This document shows positions 28,037 to 37,440 of a stretch of DNA of 64,000 nucleotides, piece after piece. Position numbers and translations under genes: made by a program. Each line of letters opens with the position of its first letter. Within the stretch, counting starts at the first letter, position 1. The stretch is from a bacterium (GTDB taxonomy: Bacteria; Patescibacteriota; Dojkabacteria; GCA-016699595): the NCBI GenBank assembly GCA_016699595.1, contig CP064982.1:572340-636339 (forward strand), given 5' to 3'. The notes under the pieces are model-generated. The model did not search any database. It worked only from the letters and a program-made list of their open reading frames with translations, and had not been told where the DNA came from.

Positions 28037-29515
28037 ATGAAAAAACTATACATTACTACAACCCTACCATATGTCAACGCAGAACCTCATATAGCTCATG
28101 CTATAGAGTTTGTCTTAGCTGATGCTATAGCACGCTACTACAAAGCAAGACTTAGTGACGATAATGTGTATTTCAATGTCGGAACGGATGAACACGGTCA
28201 AAAAATTTGGGATAAATCAAAATCAGAAAACCTTGACATACACGAATTTACCAAAAAATATTCGGATAGATTCAAAGAATTTTGCACAAGTTTTGATGTT
28301 GAATACTCTTTTTTTTATAGAACTAGCAAGGACTACCATTATCCAGTTGCTACTGCATTTTGGAATGAAGCGATGAAAAATGGAGATATTTACAAAAAGA
28401 AGTACAAGGGACTATATTGCGTTGGCTGTGAAAGTTTCAAACTAGACAAAGACTTGATAGATGGGAAATGTCCAGATCATGGGACAGAACCCATTGAACT
28501 TGAAGAAGAGAACTATTTTTTCAAACTTACAAAATATAGAGAACACATTGCAGATTATCTCCAAACTGAATTTGTCATACCTGAATCTGATAGAAAGTTT
28601 GCTCAAGAATTTATCAAAAACATCGAAGATATAAGTATTTCAAGAGACAAAGCTAAGTTAAGTTGGGGAATTCCTGTTCCCGGAGATGATACACAAGTTA
28701 TGTATGTTTGGTTTGATGCATTGTCAAATTATCTCGGATCACTATACTTTGGTTCAAAAAGTATAGATGATCACTTTGATATAACCGATGTCAGGGATTT
28801 GCGAGAAGAATTCTACTTTTTACAGCTTTGTGGAGCCGATAATGTAAGATTTCAAGCAATTATCTGGCAAGCGATGTTGATATCAAGTAAGATAAAATTC
28901 ACTGACAAACTCCTGGTTCATTCATGGATCTTAGGATCTGATGGTCGCAAAATGAGCAAAACTCTTGGCAATGTCATCTCTCCATTTGAACAACTTGAAA
29001 AGTATGGGAGTGAGGCAGTAAGATTTTTCTTCCTAGCCTGCATGAGTACAACTGGAAATGCAATTTATGATGAAGCAGGTTTTGTAGATCAGTTCAATTC
29101 TAGAGTTGCTGACAATTACGGTAATTTGCTTAATAGGGTGATTGTTCTGATAGTCAAAAACAATATCAAGACAAGTAATGTGACTAATGATAATTCAGCT
29201 ATATTGAATGAAGTAAATCAACTAAAAAATAGAGCTGAGCAAAAATTTGAAGAGTACAATATCTTTGAATATTCAGTGATCATCAATGACATTGCTACCT
29301 TGGTGAATAAGTATGTAACTGAAACTGAACCATGGAAGAAGGAGAAACCACAAGAATTCAAAACTGACGTCTTACTCAATTGCTTCAAAGCACTAAAAAT
29401 TATTACTGAACTATACAAACCCATAATTCCCAAAACTACCGCAAAAGCTGCATATATCCTTGAAAGCCTAAAGCCAGAGATTTTGGTTGCAAAAATTGCA
29501 AGAGATGAAAATTAG
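28037..29515 (+). CDS. metG: methionyl-tRNA synthetase (core enzyme, no C-terminal tRNA-binding appendix)
   Basis: YITTTLPYVNAEPHIAHAIEF (HIGH-type), zinc knuckle CVGCESF...CPDHG, KMSKTLGNVI (KMSKS). Confidence 0.9.
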   Translation: MKKLYITTTLPYVNAEPHIAHAIEFVLADAIARYYKARLSDDNVYFNVGTDEHGQKIWDKSKSENLDIHEFTKKYSDRFKEFCTSFDVEYSFFYRTSKDYHYPVATAFWNEAMKNGDIYKKKYKGLYCVGCESFKLDKDLIDGKCPDHGTEPIELEEENYFFKLTKYREHIADYLQTEFVIPESDRKFAQEFIKNIEDISISRDKAKLSWGIPVPGDDTQVMYVWFDALSNYLGSLYFGSKSIDDHFDITDVRDLREEFYFLQLCGADNVRFQAIIWQAMLISSKIKFTDKLLVHSWILGSDGRKMSKTLGNVISPFEQLEKYGSEAVRFFFLACMSTTGNAIYDEAGFVDQFNSRVADNYGNLLNRVIVLIVKNNIKTSNVTNDNSAILNEVNQLKNRAEQKFEEYNIFEYSVIINDIATLVNKYVTETEPWKKEKPQEFKTDVLLNCFKALKIITELYKPIIPKTTAKAAYILESLKPEILVAKIARDEN

Positions 29516-30623
29516 ACGATTTATCAAATACCTACTTTCAGTAATTTTGTTGAGCATTATTTTTGCATTGATAATCAACTTCAATTCCATATCTTACAAT
29601 TACACGGATGATTTGCGAAGAATCAAAGATGAAATCAAGTACAAGATACTGGTAGTGCAATCAAACATTTGCAAAGAAGATTCTATCAACATAAAACAAA
29701 CTTTAATCAATCTAAGTTTTGTTTCCTGCGACCTAGAACAATATGATCAAAAAGTAGCATTAGCAGAACAACTCGAACTAACTGATTACGGAAAAAAGAT
29801 ACTACTCACTTCAGAATTGGTCTTTGTATCTGACGGTATTGAGATACACAGAATTTGTGGGAATTATGAAAACATTGCTTTGGGTTGTGCAAATACTGAC
29901 AAGAACACCTTGTACATATATGATACGAATGATGTTAGGCTTGAAGATATAAAAAAATCTGTTCTTGCACATGAATTCCTTCACCTTGTATATACTAGAA
30001 TTGATAACAAGCAGAGAGTAGAGGTTGATAAATTATCAGAAAGCGTTGTAAAGTCACAAGAAAGTAGTACTTTATCAAATGCACTAAACTTATACACTAA
30101 AGATCAGTTGTTGAGCGAATATCATTCGAGAGTTGCTACAGAGTTAGAAACATTACCAAGTGAACTTGAAAGACATTACTTAAAAGTTTTCCAAAACAGG
30201 ACTCTCATTTATAGTTTTTACTTACCTCTCAAAAAACTTGATGAAACTGCTGATGAGTTGAAAATTGAGAGTGAATCACTAAACAGTGAATCAAAAGTTA
30301 TTCAAGCTCAAACAGATCAAGTAAAAACTTTTGCAAATGAATTGGATTTAGCGAAGATAAAACTAGAAGAAGATAGGAGAACTCTGGATTTATATGACAT
30401 TAGTCAAGTTGAGAATTTCAATAAAAAAGTTCAGGATGTGAACCTACAAGTGAGTAACTACAATTCTAGTATAGACCAACTGCAAACGAGGATTGACCTC
30501 TACAACTCAAACTATTACAAATATAACGAAAAATTAGGCGAGTATAGGTCAGTCTATACTTTGATTGACAATAGCTTAGTTACTCGCAATGAGATAAGCA
30601 ATGTTGACCTTGAGAAAAAATAA
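29487..30623 (+). CDS. hypothetical membrane-anchored protein with an HExxH motif and a long C-terminal coiled coil
   Basis: TM segment FIKYLLSVILLSIIFALIINF; VLAHEFLHLVY (HExxH); the C-terminal 150 aa are heptad-rich. The start may be the ATG at 29505. It overlaps the metG end. Confidence 0.45.
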   Translation: MQKLQEMKIRRFIKYLLSVILLSIIFALIINFNSISYNYTDDLRRIKDEIKYKILVVQSNICKEDSINIKQTLINLSFVSCDLEQYDQKVALAEQLELTDYGKKILLTSELVFVSDGIEIHRICGNYENIALGCANTDKNTLYIYDTNDVRLEDIKKSVLAHEFLHLVYTRIDNKQRVEVDKLSESVVKSQESSTLSNALNLYTKDQLLSEYHSRVATELETLPSELERHYLKVFQNRTLIYSFYLPLKKLDETADELKIESESLNSESKVIQAQTDQVKTFANELDLAKIKLEEDRRTLDLYDISQVENFNKKVQDVNLQVSNYNSSIDQLQTRIDLYNSNYYKYNEKLGEYRSVYTLIDNSLVTRNEISNVDLEKK

Positions 30624-31379
30624 ATGTTTGATACACACTGTCATTTGACATACTTTGACAACCCACATGAACTGATAGGACAAGCTAAAGAAGCAAACCT
30701 AGTTGGCGTACTTTCACTATCAACAAATACAGACAATTTCGAACCCAATTTGACTCTCAAGAGAAATTATATAGACTTTGTAAAGATCGGAATCGGAATC
30801 CATCCAGAAGATGCAAGTCATGATAAGTTTAACTCCCTCAATCGTTTCTATCAAGAAAATAATACTGAGATTGATGTGGTTGGAGAAATTGGTCTTGATT
30901 ACTTCCATAACACTAGTAATCTATCAATACAAAAAGAACTTTTTGAAATGCAAATCGAAATTGCAAAAAAATATGACAAACCTATTGTCGTTCATTCTAG
31001 AAATAGTAAAGATGCAGGTTTCCACAGTTGTATAAAAGATGCGATCGAATTATTAGATAAATTTGACGGAAAAGCTGTATTGCATTGTTTCACTGGAAGT
31101 TTAGAAGAAGCTAAATTGGTTTTAGAATCAGGATGTTATGTTGGCTTTACAAATATCATAACATACCCAAAGAATCTTGAACTACAGGGTATAGCTAAAT
31201 TTGCTATTCAAAACTTTCCTGACAAAGTACTTTTTGAAACTGATGCTCCATTTTTACCACCTGCAAACAGAAGAGGACAAATATGTTTCCCAGACGATGT
31301 GAAGTATGTATATGAATGGTTCAAGGAAAATACAAGTGTAGAACAAGTGAAACAAAATGTCATTGATTTTCTAAGTTAA
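30624..31379 (+). CDS. tatD: TatD-family metal-dependent DNase/hydrolase
   Basis: MFDTHCHL start; later VHSR, HCFTG and ETDAPFLPP, which are the TatD metal-binding motifs. Confidence 0.85.
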   Translation: MFDTHCHLTYFDNPHELIGQAKEANLVGVLSLSTNTDNFEPNLTLKRNYIDFVKIGIGIHPEDASHDKFNSLNRFYQENNTEIDVVGEIGLDYFHNTSNLSIQKELFEMQIEIAKKYDKPIVVHSRNSKDAGFHSCIKDAIELLDKFDGKAVLHCFTGSLEEAKLVLESGCYVGFTNIITYPKNLELQGIAKFAIQNFPDKVLFETDAPFLPPANRRGQICFPDDVKYVYEWFKENTSVEQVKQNVIDFLS

Positions 31380-31530
31380 ATCTAGTCAAATTGTATAATT
31401 AACTAAGCAACTCTAAAATGAACTTCCATATGAGACATTCAACTTAATGTTCGCTACATAGGCTTGAGTTGATCAACTCATAGCGTAAAGCTTAAGCACT
31501 TTTTCTGACAAACTTTGAGCTTAAATAATT

Positions 31531-32211
31531 TCAGAACTTTTCAATAAAATATTTCTTTTCAAATAATTTCTCAAAATTGTCCAAATATAATTCTAAAATT
31601 TCAATTTCATTGTGATACTTAGGTTCTGCTTTTCGAAAGTCTTCTATGCTCATCCAAACATTTTCGGCTCCCTCGGTATTGCTCAAATCTCCTGAAACAA
31701 ATGCTCCAACCATACAGTAGAAATACTTATCTTCCAAAAGCAAATTATCTGACTTTTGATAAGTTAGCTCATGAAAAGTGTATTGATATTTGAAATTTGC
31801 TTTGATCTGACATTCTTCTTCAAGTTCACGGTTTGCAGCTTCTATCAGCGTTTCTCCAAATTTGATCTTTCCAGTGATAAATCCAAGAAATCCAATGTAA
31901 GGTTCTTTCATTCTTCTTTGAATTGCAAATTTATCATCTCTTTTGACAATCAAAAGAACTGAATTTTTCGGCAACTTTTCAACTTTCTTAACTTCCATAT
32001 CAATTGTTGTTGCAAATTTCTTGCCTTCTGTACTTAAACTATATTCTCCAGAATCTGATTTTATAATCAAATTTAAATCTTGCAAAGCTTTCAAGTGATA
32101 TGAAAACTTATCTGAAGTTATTTTGTAAGGTTTTATATCTGAAAATTTATAACTAGGTTTGAAAGTTAGTTCTTTGATGATTTGCATTTGAATTTCATTT
32201 AGGTCTGACAT
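31531..32211 (-). CDS. NUDIX hydrolase with an N-terminal winged-helix-like domain
   Basis: Nudix box GFITGKIKFGETLIEAANRELEEECQI. Confidence 0.7.
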   Translation of the reverse strand: MSDLNEIQMQIIKELTFKPSYKFSDIKPYKITSDKFSYHLKALQDLNLIIKSDSGEYSLSTEGKKFATTIDMEVKKVEKLPKNSVLLIVKRDDKFAIQRRMKEPYIGFLGFITGKIKFGETLIEAANRELEEECQIKANFKYQYTFHELTYQKSDNLLLEDKYFYCMVGAFVSGDLSNTEGAENVWMSIEDFRKAEPKYHNEIEILELYLDNFEKLFEKKYFIEKF

Positions 32212-32331
32212 AGTTATGAAAATTTATTAAACTAAAAATTAAAACTAAGTAGATTTTACTTTGAAATTTCAAATTATCTAGTGAAACACATTTAACTAAA
32301 CTATATAGTTAATTCAATATTTTAACTTAAC

Positions 32332-33708
32332 TTAATAATTCTTTCTTCTTTCATCCCAAAATTTACCTCGTCTGCAAAGTTTAGCTTTGTCTTCAGGATT
32401 TGCAAGTAATTGTTCAACTACAATCTCAGTGAAAATTGTATTTTGCGAGCCCTTAACGAGAATCACTAGCTTTTTGTCTTTCAAAACAACTCTATGTTGC
32501 AAGTAATCAATCAAACTATTTGCAAGTTCACTAGCTTTTTCAAAGGTATGTATCTTAGCCTTTTCAAAACCAAGGTCGATTAGCTTAGTTGAAAAGTAAT
32601 TTTTCATCTCTGGTCCAACTAAATAATATTCGTCTGCAACTTGATTGCTAAATGCAAACTCGGCCAAACTAGTGTGTTCGAGTTTTGAACTGCTTCCAAG
32701 TTCTCGCATATCGCCTAAAACTCCAATTTTGTAACTATTTTCGACATGACAATACTTCAATAATTCAAGTAAATCCATACAAGGTTCTTTTGAGCTATTG
32801 TAACTTGAATCTATCAGTGTAGAGTTTTTGAACCCATCAAATATCGAACATCTTCCCGGTTCAAGATGAAAGTTAGTTATCAAGTTATTCTCAATTTCAA
32901 GATCGGTTAGATTAAACAATTTTCCAACTTCATGAGCAATTTTGAAAGTTATATCATAATGTTTTGGGTAAATTTGATCGCCAAGTTTGATAAAGTGAAT
33001 CTGATTATCTTGTGAAACCTCTATAACTTTGCACTTTGCAAGTTTCTTTGAATTAGCAACTCTTTGGTCAGACATATTCAAAATCACAACTCCCGTTTCA
33101 GAAATTGAACTGATAAGCAAACTTTTATCTTTTGCAATTGCATCTTCAACTTTATTTTTGTAACTTTCATCAGATTCATTAAATCTCTCAATTTGAGTTT
33201 CATAATTACTACTATGAACTGCATTTATATTGAGATATATTGCAATATCTGGAACCACAATTCTCAACAAATATTTCATATTTTTAGGTTCTTCTATTGC
33301 ATCAACTCCCATTTCCACTATATAAATATCGTACTTTTGCCAGTTTGTGATAAGTTTAAAAATTACTAAAGCTGCAATTTTGAACCATTCAAAAATAGAA
33401 TATTCCTCTGGTGGCTGAATTCCCAAAATGTCTAAAGGAATTCCAGTTTCTGAATTTGCTTTGTAACTATATTTAACTTTAAAGTTAGTCTTCAATACTG
33501 CATAAAGTGCATCCATTGTGGAAGTCTTTCCAGCAGAACCTGAAATCCCAATTATTTTTAAATTCTTACTTAATAACTTGTATTTTTTAAGTTGCAATTT
33601 TGCAATTATTCGAATGTAGGTTAGGAATGATTTTTCAAAAAATTTCTTCATACTTTCAATTTTATCATTTTGTATTACAGTATTCAGCAACGAATACTCT
33701 TCTTGCAT
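32332..33708 (-). CDS. Mur ligase family protein (MurF-like)
   Basis: P-loop IIGISGSAGKTSTMDAL, then KANSETGIPLDILGI (compare MurF NNEIGVPLTLL). 458 aa. Confidence 0.6.
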   Translation of the reverse strand: MQEEYSLLNTVIQNDKIESMKKFFEKSFLTYIRIIAKLQLKKYKLLSKNLKIIGISGSAGKTSTMDALYAVLKTNFKVKYSYKANSETGIPLDILGIQPPEEYSIFEWFKIAALVIFKLITNWQKYDIYIVEMGVDAIEEPKNMKYLLRIVVPDIAIYLNINAVHSSNYETQIERFNESDESYKNKVEDAIAKDKSLLISSISETGVVILNMSDQRVANSKKLAKCKVIEVSQDNQIHFIKLGDQIYPKHYDITFKIAHEVGKLFNLTDLEIENNLITNFHLEPGRCSIFDGFKNSTLIDSSYNSSKEPCMDLLELLKYCHVENSYKIGVLGDMRELGSSSKLEHTSLAEFAFSNQVADEYYLVGPEMKNYFSTKLIDLGFEKAKIHTFEKASELANSLIDYLQHRVVLKDKKLVILVKGSQNTIFTEIVVEQLLANPEDKAKLCRRGKFWDERRKNY

Positions 33709-33775
33709 CTGAAATCAACTTTCATCGCAACCGTGTAATCGATAGGTTACACGACTAGTTTTGTAAACTTCTAAA

Positions 33776-33846
33776 ATCCTTCCTCATAGGAAGGTGTCTC
33801 ACAAAGTGAGACGGAAGGTTATATCAATATCAGTCTTTACTGAACT
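33776..33846. repeat. copy 2 of the ~65-bp hairpin repeat family, intergenic upstream of hisS
   Basis: atccttcctcat-aggaagg-t-gtctcac-aaa-gtgagac-ggaaggtt...cagtctttac forms two perfect 7-bp hairpins. It is preceded by the inverted repeat cgtgtaa-tcgatagg-ttacacg at 33732-33753. Confidence 0.65.
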
Positions 33847-33897
33847 TTAATTAAGATATAATCTTAGTATTTGAATTATTTATAGTATAATTGACTC

Positions 33898-35154
33898 ATG
33901 TCCAACGCCATAATTACAAATCAACCACCTAAAGGAACCTATGATTGGTTGCCTGAAGAGTTTAAAGTTCGTAAATATATCTTTGATACTTGGAGAGAAG
34001 TTTGCACTTCGTTTGGTTATCAAGAATACTTAACTCCGCTTCTAGAGTATGCAGATATTTATAGAGTAAAATCTGGAGAAGATGTAGGTGGGAAAGAACT
34101 TACAATTATCACAGATCGAGGAGGTCGTGAATTAGCATTGCGTCCCGAAATGACTCCAAGTGTAACTCGCTTAGTTACAAAAATTTATAAAGAAACTGCA
34201 AAACCAATTCGGCTATTTTCAATTGCAAATTTTTATAGAAATCAAGCTCCACAAAAAGGAAGAAATAGAGAATTTTGGCAGTTGAATTTTGATATTTTTG
34301 GAACACATTCGATAAATGCTGATATTGAAATTATTCAAGTAGGAATTGAAATAATGAAAAAGTTTAAATCAAGTGAAGATATGTTTGAAGTTAGACTGAA
34401 TGATCGCAAAATAATTGATTATATTTTATCTCAAGTAACCGAAGATTGTGAAAAGAAAATTGAGTTGGTGAGACTTATGGATAAATATTTAAAATTGACA
34501 GATATGGAGTTTAAAGAAGAACTTGATAAGTTAGATATCGGGGATTTAGACATAATAACAGATTTCTTAAAGTCAAAATCACTTAGTGAACTTAATGTTC
34601 CAAATGAAATTAAATCTAATTTAAATCAAGTCATCACTAAATTAACCCAATTGGGTTTTGGAAACTTTTTGAAGTTTGACCCAACAATGATTCGTGGCTT
34701 TGACTACTACGATGGAACTATATTTGAATTTTTTGATAAAAATTCCGAAAATACTCGCTCCCTTTTTGGAGGTGGTAGATACAACGGACTTGCAAAGATA
34801 TTTGGATTAGATGATATTCCTGCAGTTGGAATGGCACCTGGAGATGAACCTATGAAGCTATTTTTGACTTCTTGGAACTTACTTCCAGATTTTGGGAAAG
34901 ATAACAAAACAGTTTATATGCCTATGTTGGTTGAAAATGTTGAAGTTTTGAATAAATTTAAAAATCATTTAGTACAGGAAGGTTACTCAGTAACTTCAGG
35001 TTTGGAAATTGAAAAAATGTCTGGAAGTATGTTTGCTAAAGCTGAAAAACTTGGGTTCAAGTTTGTTGCAATTGTTGGAGAAGATGAAATTAAAGAAAGT
35101 AATTTTGTTCTGAAAAATTTAAAAACGAGAGAAGAAAGTAAAATTAAAATTTAG
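33898..35154 (+). CDS. hisS: histidyl-tRNA synthetase
   Basis: PKGTYDWLPEEF..., RPEMTPSVTRLV (motif 2 region), RLFSIANFYRNQAPQKGRNREFWQLNFDIFG, GGGRYNGL (motif 3). Confidence 0.9.
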   Translation: MSNAIITNQPPKGTYDWLPEEFKVRKYIFDTWREVCTSFGYQEYLTPLLEYADIYRVKSGEDVGGKELTIITDRGGRELALRPEMTPSVTRLVTKIYKETAKPIRLFSIANFYRNQAPQKGRNREFWQLNFDIFGTHSINADIEIIQVGIEIMKKFKSSEDMFEVRLNDRKIIDYILSQVTEDCEKKIELVRLMDKYLKLTDMEFKEELDKLDIGDLDIITDFLKSKSLSELNVPNEIKSNLNQVITKLTQLGFGNFLKFDPTMIRGFDYYDGTIFEFFDKNSENTRSLFGGGRYNGLAKIFGLDDIPAVGMAPGDEPMKLFLTSWNLLPDFGKDNKTVYMPMLVENVEVLNKFKNHLVQEGYSVTSGLEIEKMSGSMFAKAEKLGFKFVAIVGEDEIKESNFVLKNLKTREESKIKI

Positions 35155-35202
35155 CAATTTTGAATATTAAAGCCCATCGTTTAAATCACGTTGTAGAATC
35201 TA

Positions 35203-35631
35203 ATGACCTTAGAACTAACCAAAACACAAACTTTCAATATTTCAGCTTCAGATGATTTATTTTTTATGAAATTACTGAGTTCAGAACATATAGAATCAGA
35301 ATTAGATTTAATCTTTAACAAGGGCGTGAAAAACAAGGTAGTTTTGAAGTTTGTTTTGGATAACGGTTCTAAACTCAATCTGAAAGTTAAAATTATAATT
35401 CCAAAAGGGTCAAGCGAAGTTGAAACATTTTTGAAGTTTGATGTCATGGTTCTGGACCCTGATTCTCATATCAATATCACCCCAGCTCTTGAAATACTTG
35501 AAAACAATGTAAAAGCTGGACATGCTGCAAGCATTCGAAAGTTTAACATGGATGAAATGTATTACTTGCAAAGTAGAGGAATTGAAATAAAAGAGGTAAA
35601 GAAAATACTGGTAGATGCATTTTTAACATAA
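35203..35631 (+). CDS. truncated SufB/SufD-like Fe-S assembly protein (C-terminal domain only)
   Basis: KAGHAASIRKFNMDEMYYLQSRGIEIKEVKKILVDAFL matches the SufB/SufD C-terminus (HGATVG..DEDQLFYLMSRGI...EA..LLV.GF). Only 142 aa. Confidence 0.6.
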   Translation: MTLELTKTQTFNISASDDLFFMKLLSSEHIESELDLIFNKGVKNKVVLKFVLDNGSKLNLKVKIIIPKGSSEVETFLKFDVMVLDPDSHINITPALEILENNVKAGHAASIRKFNMDEMYYLQSRGIEIKEVKKILVDAFLT

Positions 35632-35710
35632 TTATAATATTTATCTCCAAATTCCATAACTTTAGGCAAGGCTAGAGTTGGTATGAGATAAATAAAGAAT
35701 TATTTATTTT

Positions 35711-36973
35711 ATGGACAAATCCAATTTCCCGATTTTTGAAAACTACAAAAAAGAATTTGGCAAAGACTTAATCTACTTAGATAGTGCTGCAACTACTCAG
35801 AAACTAGATTCAGTACTTCAAAAAATGAATGAGTATTATTTAAATTATTGTTCAAATGTTCATAGAGGAATTTACACGATATCAGAAACGGCAACTGAAG
35901 AATTTGAGAATGCTAGAGCTGAAATTGCCAAGTTTTTCAATGTTTCTCCACACCAAATCATTTTTACCTCAGGAGCTACAGACTCATTAAATATAATTGC
36001 TCGAAGTTGTAAAAACTTCGACATTGAGCAAATTGTCACAACAGAACTTGAGCATAATTCAAATATCTTACCGTTCTATAAATGTAAAGGCGAATCTTTA
36101 AATATCAAAATAGCAAAAATCAACAATGATTTAAGTTTTAGTTATGAAAACATTGCACAGGCTATTTATAACAAAAGCACTTTATTGACAATTACAGGGT
36201 GTTCAAATGTAACTGGCGAGATTTTGAATTTTGAAAAAATTCAAAATCTCCATAACCCTTCGTCCAACATTCATAAAAATATACTTTTATCACTCGATGC
36301 AGCTCAACTCGTTCCACACATTTTATTTGATCCAGAATTTGATATAGAAAATTTGAAATTATTTGACTTTGTTTCATTTTCAGGTCATAAAGTTTTCGGA
36401 GCAACAGGCATTGGTGTTTTGATTATCAACAATTTAGATTTAATTAGTGAACTTGAAACAAATTTGGGCGGTGGAACTATCGAAAATCTGGAACTAAAAA
36501 TTGAAAATAATAGTGAAAATTTGGAAATTACTTATAAAAGTACTCCCGAAAGATTTGAAGCAGGAACTCAAAATATAGCTGGTGCAATTGGACTTGGAGA
36601 AGTCTTTAGGCAGGCAAATAATTTAACTACCCAACAAAAGTTAAAAATTAGAAATGAAACTCAAAATTTAGCAGAATATACCTACCAAGAATTATCAAAT
36701 ATTCCAAAATTGAAGTTAATTTCAAATTGGGATGTCGAAACTCACGCTCCAATTTTCACATTTACTTTAAATAATATTCATCCACATGATGTAGCACAAT
36801 ATTTGAATGGTTTAGCTAATATTTGTATTCGAGCAGGACAACATTGCACGCATATCACGCATAAAAAACTTGGTCTAAAGGCAACCTGCAGAGCAAGCAT
36901 TAGTATTTACAATGACAGTTATGACATACAAACACTCATAGAAGGCATCTATTTTATGAGCAAGCAATTTTGA
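35711..36973 (+). CDS. sufS: cysteine desulfurase (SufS/NifS class V aminotransferase)
   Basis: LDSAATTQKL, NVHRGIYTISETATEEFE, and the PLP-lysine region SFSGHKVFGATGIGVL. Confidence 0.85.
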   Translation: MDKSNFPIFENYKKEFGKDLIYLDSAATTQKLDSVLQKMNEYYLNYCSNVHRGIYTISETATEEFENARAEIAKFFNVSPHQIIFTSGATDSLNIIARSCKNFDIEQIVTTELEHNSNILPFYKCKGESLNIKIAKINNDLSFSYENIAQAIYNKSTLLTITGCSNVTGEILNFEKIQNLHNPSSNIHKNILLSLDAAQLVPHILFDPEFDIENLKLFDFVSFSGHKVFGATGIGVLIINNLDLISELETNLGGGTIENLELKIENNSENLEITYKSTPERFEAGTQNIAGAIGLGEVFRQANNLTTQQKLKIRNETQNLAEYTYQELSNIPKLKLISNWDVETHAPIFTFTLNNIHPHDVAQYLNGLANICIRAGQHCTHITHKKLGLKATCRASISIYNDSYDIQTLIEGIYFMSKQF

Positions 36974-36984
36974 TAAATTAAACT

Positions 36985-37440
36985 ATGAACAAGTACCTCA
37001 GTCTTTACAACTACTTCAAAAAAGATCCTAAAAGCTTAGAGGTAATATTTCGTACGTGTGTAAACTTACTCCTTGTACTTGCTGACGCGCTTCCTTTTAT
37101 AACAATAATTACTGACCTTGTTCAAACATTTAATTTTCTATCTAAACTGGCTTCAAAGTTTGGCTATAAGATACCAAATCTTACCCCTGATGTCCCACTG
37201 ATTTTATTGGGTACAGATGTCATTTCAAACACTTTCCTTGAATTTACAACTGGCGGCACTGTTCCAAATTACTTCATAGTATCATTGATACAGTTTATGA
37301 AGGACAAGGATGATTTAAATAAAATATTGAAAGGTACAAAAAAGATTGTCTTAACTAAAAATAATCAACATCAAAAGATAGGTAAGCAAATCAGATCTGC
37401 TGCTGTTGACGCTGAGATTATCAAACATAATTCTAAATGA
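36985..37440 (+). CDS. hypothetical protein
   Basis: 151-aa ORF with a hydrophobic central segment and no recognisable motif. Confidence 0.4.
   Translation: MNKYLSLYNYFKKDPKSLEVIFRTCVNLLLVLADALPFITIITDLVQTFNFLSKLASKFGYKIPNLTPDVPLILLGTDVISNTFLEFTTGGTVPNYFIVSLIQFMKDKDDLNKILKGTKKIVLTKNNQHQKIGKQIRSAAVDAEIIKHNSK

Noticed and set aside
33709-33897. T-box leader upstream of hisS
   Set aside because: No GGUGGNACCG-type T-box sequence and no terminator plus U-tract are present. The structured element there is instead a copy of the dispersed ccttcc/ggaagg repeat.
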